DNA of 64,000 bases, taken from Myxococcota bacterium. Lineage in GTDB: Bacteria > Myxococcota_A > Polyangia > Nannocystales > Nannocystaceae. The notes under the pieces are model-generated. The model was not told the origin of the DNA, did no database searches, and saw only the letters and a list, made by a program, of their open reading frames with translations. Below are positions 1 through 12,000 of the stretch, piece by piece; position 1 is the first letter of the stretch; each line of letters begins with the position of its first letter. Location of the stretch: contig JBCCHT010000026.1 in assembly GCA_039028615.1 (NCBI GenBank), positions 32,001 through 96,000 on the forward strand. Reading direction: 5' to 3'. The position numbers were made by a program, and so were the translations under genes.

Positions 1-3000
1 ACATCGACTTCGATGCGGCGGGTATCCGGGTCCCGGGTGCGGCCGAGCCGTGGATCGGTGGAGCCTCGGGCGAGCCGCTGCGCGCGGGCATCAGCGCGTT
101 CGGAGCGGGCGGCAGCAACGTTCATCTCCTGCTCGAAGCGGCCGACGAGGCACCTGCCACCTCGATGCCCGAGCAGCCGGTCGCGTTCGTTCTGTCGGCG
201 AGGGATCAGCCGGGGCTTCGACGCTACGCACGAGATTGGCTCGTGTGGCTCTCGGGGCAATCGGAGTCCACGTCGACTTCGGCGGCGCAGCTGCGCGAGC
301 ACGTCGCTCGGACTCTCGGTGTGTCGGCCGACGACTTGGCGGGGGAGTCGATCGTGGACCTCGGGCTCGACCCCGCGACGCTGCAACGACTACGAGCCGA
401 CGTCGATGCGGAGCCTCGCGCTCCAGGCAACGCTTCTGTGGCCCTCACCGACATCGCCCATACACTTCAAGTCGGGCGCCCTGCGTTCGAGCATCGGCTC
501 GCCGTCGTCGTGCGTACGCTCGACGAGCTTCGCCGCCACCTGGAGAGCTTCGTCGCTGAACAACCCGCGTCTGGGACGCTGGCGTGGTGGGGCGAGCCTA
601 CGGCTCCATCGAACGATGCCCTCGATCCCACGAGCCTCGAGGCGTTGGCCCAACGTTGGCAGCGAGGCGAGCCCGTCTCGTGGCCACGCGTCGGCGAGGG
701 AGGCTCGAGCCCTCGCCGCATCAACCTCCCCCCGTATCCGTTTCACGGCGAGAGCTACTGGTACGGCCGCTGGAAACGCGGCAACGAGCCGGGGCCCCTC
801 GTCGCCGCCCGACCCACTCCCGATCAGGTATCGACCATGACCATCGCAGAACCAACCGAGAAGAAAGTCCCGGATTATCACGGTGACGAGGTCGGACTCG
901 AAGTGCTCGAGTCCGGGATCGCGGTGCTGATGCTGCAGGCAGAGGCCCACGACAACATGTTCACTTCGGGGTTGCTGCAGGGGCTCCAGTGGGCGCTGGC
1001 GAAGGTCGAGCGAGACCCTCGGGTCCGCGCCTTGGTGTTGAGCAGCCGCGGCCCCACGTTCTGCATGGGCGGCACGCCGGAGGCGCTCGAACGCCTCGCG
1101 CGCAAACAAGGGCGCTTCACCGACGCTTCGATCGTCTACGAAGGGTTGCTCCGGTGCCCGGTTCCCGTGATCTCGGCCATGCGCGGGCACGCCTCGGGAG
1201 GCGGCCTGATGTTCGGACTCTATGCCGACATCGTGGTGATGTCGCAGGACGCGGTCTATGGCGCCAACTTCCTCAAGTACGGGTTCACGCCCGGGATGGG
1301 GGCGACCTACGTGCTGGAGAAGCGGGTGGGAAGTGCGTTGGCCTCGGAGATGTTCCTGACCGGTCGAGGCTTCGGAGGTCGTGAACTCGAACGGCGAGGT
1401 TGCAATGCCACGTTCCGCACCACGGACGAAGTGCTGCCCCATGCATTGGAGCTGGCCCGGGCGGTCGCGGCGATGCCCCCGAGCGCGGTTCGGGTGCTGA
1501 AGGCGGAGCTCGCGGGGCGTTGGCTCCGAGAGCTGCCCGCGACGATCGAACGTGAACTCTCGATGCACGAGCGTGTGCTCGGCGACGAGTCGCTCCAGCA
1601 GATCGAACGCCACCTGGGTCGCGAAGTCGGCGACGTGCCGCCACCTGCTCCGCGCACGCCTTCGCCGATCCCCGAGGCGGTGGTTCAGAGCAACGCCCCG
1701 ACCAACGTCGCGGTGACGAAGTCGGTGGACGTCGATGCGCTGCGGCGGCGAGTCGAAACGACGCTGGTCGAGATCCTCGGCAAGACCCTCTACCTCCGTG
1801 AGGACGAGATCGATCACCGTCGCCCCTTCAACGAGCTCGGTGTCGACTCGATCGGTGCGGTCACGATCATCCGGGACCTCAACGATCGCTACTCCATGAG
1901 CCTCGACTCGGTGCTCCTGTACGAGCATCCGACGGTCGAACGGCTCGCCTCGTATGTCGCGGAGGCACTGGCGGACCAACAGCGTTCGACCGACGCGGTG
2001 TTGCGTGATGCTCCAGCGCCGATTGTGGAGCCGCAGCCCCTTCCCGCGATCGAGCCCGAGCCCGAGCCGGTGACGACTCCACCAACGTCGCCGCGCTTGT
2101 TGCCGCTGGCCGATCTCGGGGTCGAGGCGCAATCCGACTGGCCCGTGGATCCGTCGCCGGGGCGGGTGGCCCTCGCCCCGATCGAGGGCCGCCCGCCCGC
2201 GGGGTCTCACGATCCGGTTCAGCACGACAGCTCCGATCGACCCGAGCCAGAGGCGACGAAACCCGCGACCACGGGGCCTCGACCCATCGCGGTGATCGGC
2301 ATGTCGGGTCGATTCCCGGATGCCCCCGACCTCGATGCGTTGTGGACGAACCTCGCCGAAGGGCGCAGCAGCGTGCGGGAGATCCCGCGTGAGCGTTGGG
2401 ACGTGGAGCGCTACTACGACCCCGACCATCGTGCGCCCGGCAAGACCCTCAGCAAGTGGGGGGCGTTGTTGGACGACATCGATCGGTTCGATGCGCGGCT
2501 ATTCAACATCTCGCCGATGGAAGCGGAGGTCATGGATCCGCAGCAGCGCCTCTTCCTCGAGCAGGCATGGGCGAGCCTCGAGGATGCGGGCTACGCCTCT
2601 TCGGCGGGGCAGACCTCGTGTGGCGTGTTCGTGGGGTGTGCGGCGGGAGACTACGCCGACCGTCTCGTCGACCACGATCGGCTGAACACGGGCGAGGGCT
2701 TCCTGGGCACGGCGGGGTCGGTTTTGGCGGCGCGGATCGGGTATGTCCTCGACCTCACCGGTCCCACCGTGGCCATCGATACCGCGTGCTCGTCCTCGCT
2801 GGTCGCGTTGCACATGGCGTGTGAGGCGATTCGTAGTCGGCAGTGCTCGATGGCGATCGCGGGTGGCGTTGCGTTGATGGTCACCCCGCACATGCATGTG
2901 CGTACGAGCAAGCTGGGCATCCTGTCGCGGCGAGGCGTTTGTGCTCCCTTCGACATCTCCGCCGACGGCACCGCGCTGGGCGAAGGCGTCGGTGCGGTCG

Positions 3001-6000
3001 TTCTCAAGGACCTCGAGCAGGCCATCGCCGACGGCGACCACATCCACGCCGTGGTTCGTGGCTCGGGCATCGGCGGCGACGGTCGAACGAACGGACTGAC
3101 GGCCCCCAACGCACAGGCTCAGGCGTCGCTACTACGTACGACGTGGGAGCGCAGCGGCATCTCGCCCTCCGACATCGACTACATCGAGGCCCACGGCACG
3201 GGGACGGAGCTCGGCGACCCGATCGAGCTCAAGGCGATCGTCGAAGCGATGGGGGAGGACGCGAGCGGAGACCGGCCGTGTGGCGTCGGCTCGTTCAAGT
3301 CCAACGTCGGGCACACCACGATGGCCGCGGGGATCGGCGGGTTATTCCGAGCCGTGCTGGCGATCAAGCACGGCATCGTTCCGCCCACGGCTCACTTCCA
3401 GTCGCTCAACCCCAAGGCCAACCTCGGCGGCACTCGACTGTGCATCGATGCGGTTGCGCGACCGTGGAACCCGGGAGCGGTGCAAGAGCGCGTGGCCACG
3501 GTGAGCGCCTTCGGGTTCTCCGGTACCAACGCTCATGTGGTGGTGTCGGGGGCTCCGCCTCGCCGAGACGGCCTCTCGATGGCCGCCGATCAGCCCGTGC
3601 TCGTGCCCGTGTCCGGGCGAACGACCGAGGCGCTGCGTCAACGAGTGGCCGATCTCGCCGCCGCTCTCGACTATGGGCACGCGGCCGTCGATGTCGCGTT
3701 CAGCCTCGCGGTGGGTCGTAGTCACCTCAATCACCGTGTCGCGTTCGTGGCTCGAGGCGAGGCGGAGCTGCGTCGTGCGTTGTCGTCGTGGTCGCGCCGC
3801 GCCGACGGTGAATCGGCATCCGCGGGATCGATCGCGCCGCCAGACGAGCGTGCCATCGAGGTCGCCACCGCTCGACCGGAGGGCGAGTCGGCACTGCGCG
3901 TGCTGGCTGACGCCTACGAAGCCGGCCGAGACCTCGACTGGTCGCGCGTGTTCGCGGGGCGAGGAGGCCGTCGCGTTCCGCTCCCGACCTACCCTTTCGA
4001 AGACCAGCGCTTCTGGCTCTCGGAGCGGACTTCGGTCGAACCTTCGACGGATGCGCAGACCTACGCGACCACTCACTATCGGGTGGCCGCGCGTGACGAG
4101 TGGGTGGCCGACCATCGGGTCGCGGGGCGATCGTTGGTCCCGGGCGCGGCCTGCATCGCGTGGGTGGCTTCGGCGATCGAGGCTTCGTCGTTCGAGATCC
4201 AAGGCCTGCGATGGCTCGAGCCGCTGGTGGTGGACGATGTCCTCGAAGTCGCGTTGACCACGGGGACCGGACAGGGCGGGACGGGATTCCGCCTCGAGAC
4301 GCGCGGGGGCACGGCACATGCGACGGGCCGCGTTCGCTCGGGGACTTCGAGTTCGCCTGAGCCAGTTCGTGATCTCGACCACGTCTTCCGCCGTTGCTCA
4401 CGGATGCTGGACGGCGCAGATGTCTACGCCGCCTTCGTTCAGTCGGGCCTCGAGTACGGACCGTCGTACCAGGGCCTCGAGGAAGTACGGCTGGGCACGG
4501 GCGAGGCACTGGGTCGTATTCGTCTCGGCCGTGGGTCTCGAATCGACGGTGTGGGGGCACTGGACCCACGACTCCTCGACGTCGCCTGGCAGGCGATCGC
4601 AGCGCTGACTTGGGACGAGGCTCGCACCTCTCTGGTGCCGTTCTCCGTCGACTCTATCGTGGTCTTCGATGTGACTGCACCCGTCGCGTACTCCCACGTT
4701 CGCCGAATCGATGCATCACACTTCGACGTGGAGCTCCTGGATGCGACGGGGCAGGTGTCGATCCGCTGCGAAGGCATGCACTTGCGCGCAGTGGCTCCGC
4801 CCAGGCGGAGGTCGAGCTATCGACCCACGTGGCAGCCGTGCCCGACTCCGCCAGAGCCGACCACCACCACCACCACGAACATCACTGTGATCCACGAGGA
4901 TCGCGACGAGCCGTTGGTCGAGGCCGTGCGGCGGGCCGCGGGAGGCTCGTCGGTGAACGCCGTATCACTGTGGGAGTCGTCGTCCGCATTGGAGCGCGCG
5001 CTGCGGGACAGCGAGGCGATCTTGGTCGTCGCTGGCTCGAGCCGTCCCGAGGGAGCGGGCCCGGCCGAGCTGGGGAGTGCGGCGCTGCGAGTGACCAAGG
5101 CGCTGTTCTCCGCGGGGCGCCGTCGCGCTGCGTTGGCCCTCACCTTCGTCGTGAGGAACGCGTGCGCACTCGAGGGAGGAGAGCGACCTCAGCCGCGGGC
5201 CGCCACCTGGATCGGCCTGAGTCGTGTCATCACGGCGGAGGTCTCGCGATGGCATGTCACGTGTGTGGACATCGGCTCCGAGCCCGCAGATGAGCGGCTC
5301 GCTCGCGCGCTCGTCGACGGTCCACCTCATCCACTGTCCGCGATCCGCCAAGGCGCATGGCATCGACCTGCGTTCTCCAGCATCGACCTCGTGCCGCCGC
5401 AGCCCGGCCGTGGGTTCGAGCGGGGAGGGGTGTATCTCATCGTGGGCGGGGCAGGGGGGATCGGTCATGCCATCTCCCGGGAGCTGGCCACGCGCTACCG
5501 AGCGACGATCGCTTGGGTGGGGCGGCGTCCGCTGGATGCCGCGATCGAGCAGCAGATCCTCGAGATCGAGAAACTCGGCGGCCGTGCCCTCTATCAGTCG
5601 GCCGACGTCTCCGACGCCGACGCTTTCGAGGCCGCGGTGACGCGTCTCGAGGCACAGGTCGGCCAGTTCCACGGCGCGATCCACTGTGCGGCCGTGTTCT
5701 CCGATCGATCCCTCATCGCGATGGAGGAGGGCGACTTCCGAGCCGTGCTCGCGCCGAAGGTCGCGGGGGCCGAGGTCTCGTCTCGCGTGTTCTCGCGTCG
5801 GCCGCTGAAGTTCATGGTGTTCTTCTCGTCGGCGGCATCGTTCGTCTTCGCGGGGGGCCAGGCCAACTACGCGGCGGCCAGCACCTTCCTCGATGCACAC
5901 GCCGCCTCGCTCGACCTGCCGTTCCCGGTCTCGGTCGTGAACTGGGGCTACTGGGGCAGCGTCGGGGCGTTTGCCGACGAGGACCATCGGCGGCGTTTCG

Positions 6001-9000
6001 AGGCGCTGGGGGTCGAGCCGCTGAACCCCGAGGTCGGGATGGACGCGTTGGAGCGAATCGTCGCGCAACGAGTGCCGCAGGTCCTGGTCCTCGACGCTCC
6101 GCGTGAGCGTCTGGCGAGCTTTGGGATCGATGTGGTGGAGCCGGCGGCTGCTACACCGCGGTCGACCATGCCCGCGGCGGCCGCAGTCGCATCTTCGTCG
6201 TCCTCGGTGGCGGCACCCGCCGTGCTTCGGTACGTCCGGGAGATCTTCGCCGAGGTGCTCAAGTACTCGGTCGATGAACTCGATCCTCAGTCCACCTTCG
6301 AGGCTTTTGGTGTGGACTCGCTCGTCGGAGCGAAGGTTGTCGATCGCCTCGCGGAGGACGTCGGCGAGCTACCGGCCACGTTCCTGTTCGAGCACATGAC
6401 CATCGCATCGGTCGCCGATGCGTTGAGCCAGACCCATGGCGAACCACTGGCGCGAATGCTGGGCGCACCCGAACCGAAGCGCGCCGACGAGGTGGTGGCG
6501 AGGCCTTCGCGGCGACCCGCGGCCGTGCGTGCTCCGGTTTCCGTCGCCACGGACATCGCCGTGGTCGGCGTGAGCGGCCGCTACCCTCGCTCACCCGACA
6601 TCGATGCGTTGTGGCGCAACCTTCGAGACGGGGTCGACTGCATGTCGGAGATCCCCGCCGATCGCTGGAACTGGCGCGACCACTTCGACGGTGAGGAGGG
6701 CCGCGGCATCTATAGTCGCTGGGGCGGCTTCCTCGAGGACGTCGAGGACTTCGACCCGGGCTTCTTCGGAATCTTGCCTCGCGACGCGTCCGAGATCGAT
6801 CCGCAAGAGCGCTTGTTCCTCGAGAACTCGTGGCATCTGCTGGAGCAGGTCGGTCAGGGCAGCAGGGACACCCATGTCTCGCGAACCGGCGTGTTCGTCG
6901 GGGTCATGTACGGGGCGTATGGACAGCTCGCGGCGACGCACTGGCCTCAGGGGCGCTTCCCGGGGGCTCACTCCGCTCACTGGTCGATCGCCAATCGGGT
7001 GTCCTACACGTTCGACTTCCAGGGGCCGAGCTACGCCGTCGACACGGCGTGTTCTTCGTCGCTGACGGCGGTCCATCTCGCGTGCCAGTCGATCCTCGCC
7101 GGGGAGTGCGAGCAGGCCATCGCAGGCGGCGTGAACCTCATCCTGCATCCGGCCCACTACGCGGCGTTGTGCCATCGCCGGATGCTGGCTCGGGACCCGC
7201 ACTGCAAGGTCTTCGACGAGCGCGCCGACGGCTACGTGCCGGGCGAGGGCGTGGGCGCCGTGATGCTCAAGTCGCTGGCACAGGCCGAGGCCGATGGCGA
7301 CACAATCTGGGCGGTCATCAAGGGCAGTCACGTCAACGCGGGGGGCAAGACCAGCGGGTACACGGTGCCCAACCCCAACGCACAAGCGGCGCTGATCGAG
7401 ACGGCGCTGAAGCGCGCCAACGTGGAGCCTCGAACCGTCTCCTACATCGAGGCGCATGGTACGGGCACGGCACTCGGCGACCCGATCGAGGTGGTGGGGC
7501 TGTCGCGAGCGCTGCGAGATCGAGGCGCGATGGAGGCTTGTGCCATCGGATCGGTGAAGGCCAACCTGGGCCACCTCGAAGGCGCGGCCGGCATCGTGGG
7601 GTTGACCAAGGTGCTGCTGCAGCTGAAGCACCGCCAGCTGGCGCCCTGTGTGAATCTGGACAACCTCAACCCTCGCATCGACCTCGATGGAGCGCCGGTC
7701 GAGCCGCAGCGGGCGCTCGCCGACTGGCCACGAGCGAGTGCGTCGACGGACGATCGCGGGGAGCGAGTGAGCCCGCGGCGCGCGGGCGTCAGCTCCTTCG
7801 GAGCTGGCGGAGCCAACGTGCATGTGGTGCTCGAGGAGTACGTGGGCACGCAGGGGGCGGCCGACGCTCCTCGCTCGCCCGTCGACGGACCGTTGCCGTT
7901 CTTGCTTAGCGCACGGTCGGAGCGAGAACTGGACGCACTGGTGACCCGAACCGCCGCATGGGTCGAGGCCGCCGACGTGTCGTTGGAGTCGCTGGTCTAC
8001 ACCAGCCAGATCGGGCGTCGCGAGATGCCGCATCGGATCGCCGTACTCGCGTCCTCCGTGTCCGAGCTCGGACGTCGACTACGCGCCGTCGCCGAGGGCG
8101 ATGCGACCGTCGAAGGCGTGGTCCGAGGAACCTCGGACCATGGCGTCGACCGACGTTCACCGCTGCTGGCCGGCGAGGAAGGCAAGGCGTTCGCCCAGCT
8201 GCTGATGGATCGCGGTGATGTCTCTCGGGTGGCTCAGGCCTGGGTCGAGGGCCTACCCACGCCGTGGTCTCGCTGGTGGACGGACTCGCATCCTCCTCGC
8301 GCGCCGCTGCCCGGCTATCCTTTCGCGCGCAAGCGCTTCTGGGTCGATCCGGTGGGGATGGACTCCGTGGCTGCGCCGTCGCCCGAGCTTCCGCTTCGGC
8401 ACGAACTCGACATCGATCCGAGTGATCCCATCGTCCTCGAGCACCGCGTCGACGGCACGGCCATCGTGCCGGGTATGGCCTGGCTCGAGATCGTGCGGAG
8501 AAACCTACCGGGTGTGACCGCCGATTCTTCGATCGAGGTCGAGGGGCTCACGTGGCCTACGCCCATGCTCGGGTGGTCGGAAGGCGTGATGACCCTGCAG
8601 CCGCGCGACGATGGCTACGACTTCAGCGTGGAGTCGGTCGTGGGTGATCGCGTGTACGCACGAGGGTACGTGCGTGTGGTGAACCACTTCGATGGTCGCG
8701 TCGAACTGCAGCGGTTGCAGGCCCGCATGCCGGGACGCATCGACTCCAGCGACTTCTACACCCGCGCTCGCGAAGGCGGACTCGACTACGGTCCGACCTT
8801 CCAGGTCATTCGCGACTCGTGGGAGGGGGCCACGGAGGTCCTGATCCGCCTGGAAACGAGCGGTGACGCCCCGCTTCGTGGAGCGAGCCTTCGTCCCGAC
8901 CTTGCCGACGGTCTCGTGCAGGGAATCATCGCGCTCGAGCGCGAGGGTCGATCGTACCTGCCGACGGCGGTGGAACGCATCGTCGCTCGTGGCCCCTGGC

Positions 9001-12000
9001 CGTCTCGCGGCTGGGCCCACGTGGTCGAGGTCGAAGCCGCGGCCGGGACCGATGCCCGGTTGAACCGGCGCTTCGACGTCACTCTCGTCGCCGACGATGG
9101 TCAGGTGATGGCCCGGCTCCATGGGGTGACCGCCACCCTGGTCATGGCCAAGCGAGTCACGAAGTCGGACCCGAGCCCGATTGCCGCCCCGCCTGTGGCG
9201 ACCGGTTCGGTGGAAGAGCACCTGGAAGCCGCGTTGCGAGGCATGGCCCGCAGCTTCTTGCTGGTGGAAGAGTCCGATGTCGATCTCGACGCTTCCCTCG
9301 AGGAGCTCGGCTTCGACTCGCTGTCCCTGGTCGACCTGATCGACGAGATCAACGAGAGCTACGGACTCGATCTCGCTCCGCAGGTGCTGTTCGATTGCCC
9401 CACGCTGCGTGCCGTCGGTCGCTACCTGGCCACGAACCACGCCGACGCGGTCGCGTCTTCCATGCCGGCTTCGGTCGCGCTCGAGCCCACCGCTGCCCCG
9501 GTCGTGGCGGAGGTGGTGCTTCCGCAACAGCCGGTCCGGGCCGAGGTCTCGGATGTCGATGAAGCCAGCACCATCGCCATCGTGGGAGCGGCTGCCGTCC
9601 TGCCGGGCTCGGCCACGTTGGACGAGCTGTGGGATCACCTGGTTGCAGGTGACGATCTGGTCGGGCCCGTTCCGCCCGCGCGGATCGAGCTTTATGAGGG
9701 GCTGAACGGGCACAAGGTCTGGGGCGGCTTCGTCGACGACGTCGATCGCTTCGACGCGGCGTTCTTCCGGGTCTCGCCCCGCGAGGCGACGTTGATGGAC
9801 CCGCAGCAGCGCTTGTTCCTCGAGGTCGCGTACCGAGCGGTCGAATCCTCCGGCCATCGGGTGTCCTCGCTCGCCGGCACCCGCACGGGGTTGTTCGTGG
9901 GTGTCGGCACCTCCGACTACGGCGACCTCCTACGCCGCTACGACGTGCCCATTGCGGCCCACTGCGCCACGGGCATCGCTCACTCCATCTTGGCGAACCG
10001 GGTCTCGTTCCTGCTCGATCTGCAAGGCCCGAGCGAGGCGATCGACACCGCATGTTCGAGCTCGCTGGTCGCGATTCATCGTGCGGCGCGAGCCATCCTC
10101 GACGGAGAGTGCGACGTGGCTCTGGCGGGCGGCGTCAACCTGACGCTGAGCCCCGGCTTGTTCCAGGCCTTCACCGACTCGGGCATGCTCAGTCCGCAGG
10201 GGCGCTGCAAGACCTTCGACGCCAATGCCGATGGCTACGTCCGCGGAGAAGGGGCGGGCGCCATCGTCATCAAGACCATGGCGAAGGCGCGAGCGGACGG
10301 AGACGACGTGCTCGCGTTGATTCGCGGCAGTGCCGTCGGTCACGGCGGGCGCACGCAGTCGCTCACCGCTCCGAGCCCTGCGGCTCAGGAGCGGGTGCTC
10401 GTCGACGCCTACCTGGCCGCCGACGTCGACCCTTCAACCGTGTCGTACGTCGAGGCGCATGGCACGGGCACCAAGCTGGGTGATCCGGTGGAAGTCGAAG
10501 CACTGCTGCGAGCCCTTCGACGGCTCGAGCAGGAGCATGGCGGCACGCGCCCGGCGGAGGCCTCGATCGGAATCGGCTCCGTCAAGACGAATATCGGTCA
10601 CTTGGAAGCCGCGGCGGGAATCGCTGGCGTGCTCAAGGTCGTGCTCGCGATGCGTCACCGACAGTTGCCTCCGATGCTTCACTACCGTCGCCTCAACCCT
10701 CACCTGAAGCTGGAGGGATCGCCCCTGTTCGTGCTCGATCAGCTGACGCCATGGGCCGGGCGCACGGACGCCGATGGTCGCCTGGTGCATCGCGCGGGGG
10801 TCAGCTCCTTCGGCTTCGGCGGCACCAATGCCCACGTCGTGCTGGAGGGTCCGCCTGCATCCGAGCGGTCGTCGGGCACCATCCCGGCCGAGGCGCGGTT
10901 CTTGCCGCTGTCTGCACCGAAGGCCAACGGCCTGCGTGACCTGGCCGCCGCGGTGCTGCAGATGCTCGAGCGTGAACCGTCGCTGGAATTGTCGCGCTTG
11001 CTCTTCACCTATCAGTTCGGTCGCGACGCCTTCGATTCACGGGTCGTCATCGCGACACGGGACCGCGACGGCCTGGTCGCGGCGCTCGTGGCCGTAGCGG
11101 CCGGCAATCCCCTGCCAGGGATCGTGTTCCAGCCCGGCGACCAAGGGGCACCCCATGCCGCTGCCTCGTGGCTCGTTGGCGAAGGCTCGCTCGACGAGGG
11201 GTTATGGCCGAGCCCTCGTCCGACCCGTATCGCGGCTCCCGGGTGCCCGTGGAACCGGACTCGGTTCTGGTTCGAGCGGCCCGATCCAAAGACCCCCGAT
11301 GCGCGCCCCGTGCCTTCGAATGGCCAGGGCAAGCTTCGGCTGGTACCCGCGCGACGCGGGACCCCGGCGCGGGCGAGCGCCGTCTCGTCGAGCGCAGTGG
11401 CGGCCAAGGTTCCCGAGGGGCACAGCGCGACTGGACTGCGTGAATTCATCGAAGGCGAGGTTTCCACCTTGCTCGGTGTCCCTCGAGCCGAGCTTTCCCA
11501 TGAGACCCCGTTCGTCGACTTGGGGTTGGACTCGATCTTCGCGATGCAGCTGATGCGCCGCATCGAGAGCACCTACGGTGTCGAGCTGGCGACCTCGGAG
11601 ATCTACGATCACGACACCATCGCACGCCTAGCCACGTTCGCGGCCGCGCAGTGCGAGCAAGAGTCGAGCCCCGCCGAGCCGATCGCAGCCTCGGACCAAT
11701 CCGTGACGGACTCGTCCGAGATCGAGAGCGCCGCCAATGCGGACCCCACCGACCCGAACGCGGCCGACGGAGAGTTCGTGGAGGCGCAATCGCTTCTGCT
11801 TCGGAGGTTCGAGTCGGTCCTCGATCGGCCCGTCGCCACCGACGTGCCGTTCTCCGAGCAGCTCAGCTCCTTCGACATGCTCCGGGTCATCGCTGACCTC
11901 GAGCGTCGACTGGGGACGCTGCGCAAGAACCTGCTGTTCGAGTACCCGACCGTCCCCGCGCTCACTCTGCACCTCGTGCGAGACCACGGCGCAGACCGCT

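Noticed and set aside
165..167. ATG 165 as the PKS start
   Set aside because: The same frame is open to base 3 and encodes a KS C-terminal motif, so the gene starts upstream of the window.
4859..4877. (ACC)n microsatellite
   Set aside because: In-frame poly-Thr in an interdomain linker; trinucleotide slippage would not shift the frame.
2283..10850. Repeated DNA segments (e.g. around GATCCGCAGCAGCG and GAGGCGCATGG)
   Set aside because: Conserved motifs of paralogous KS domains, not a repeat element or CRISPR array.
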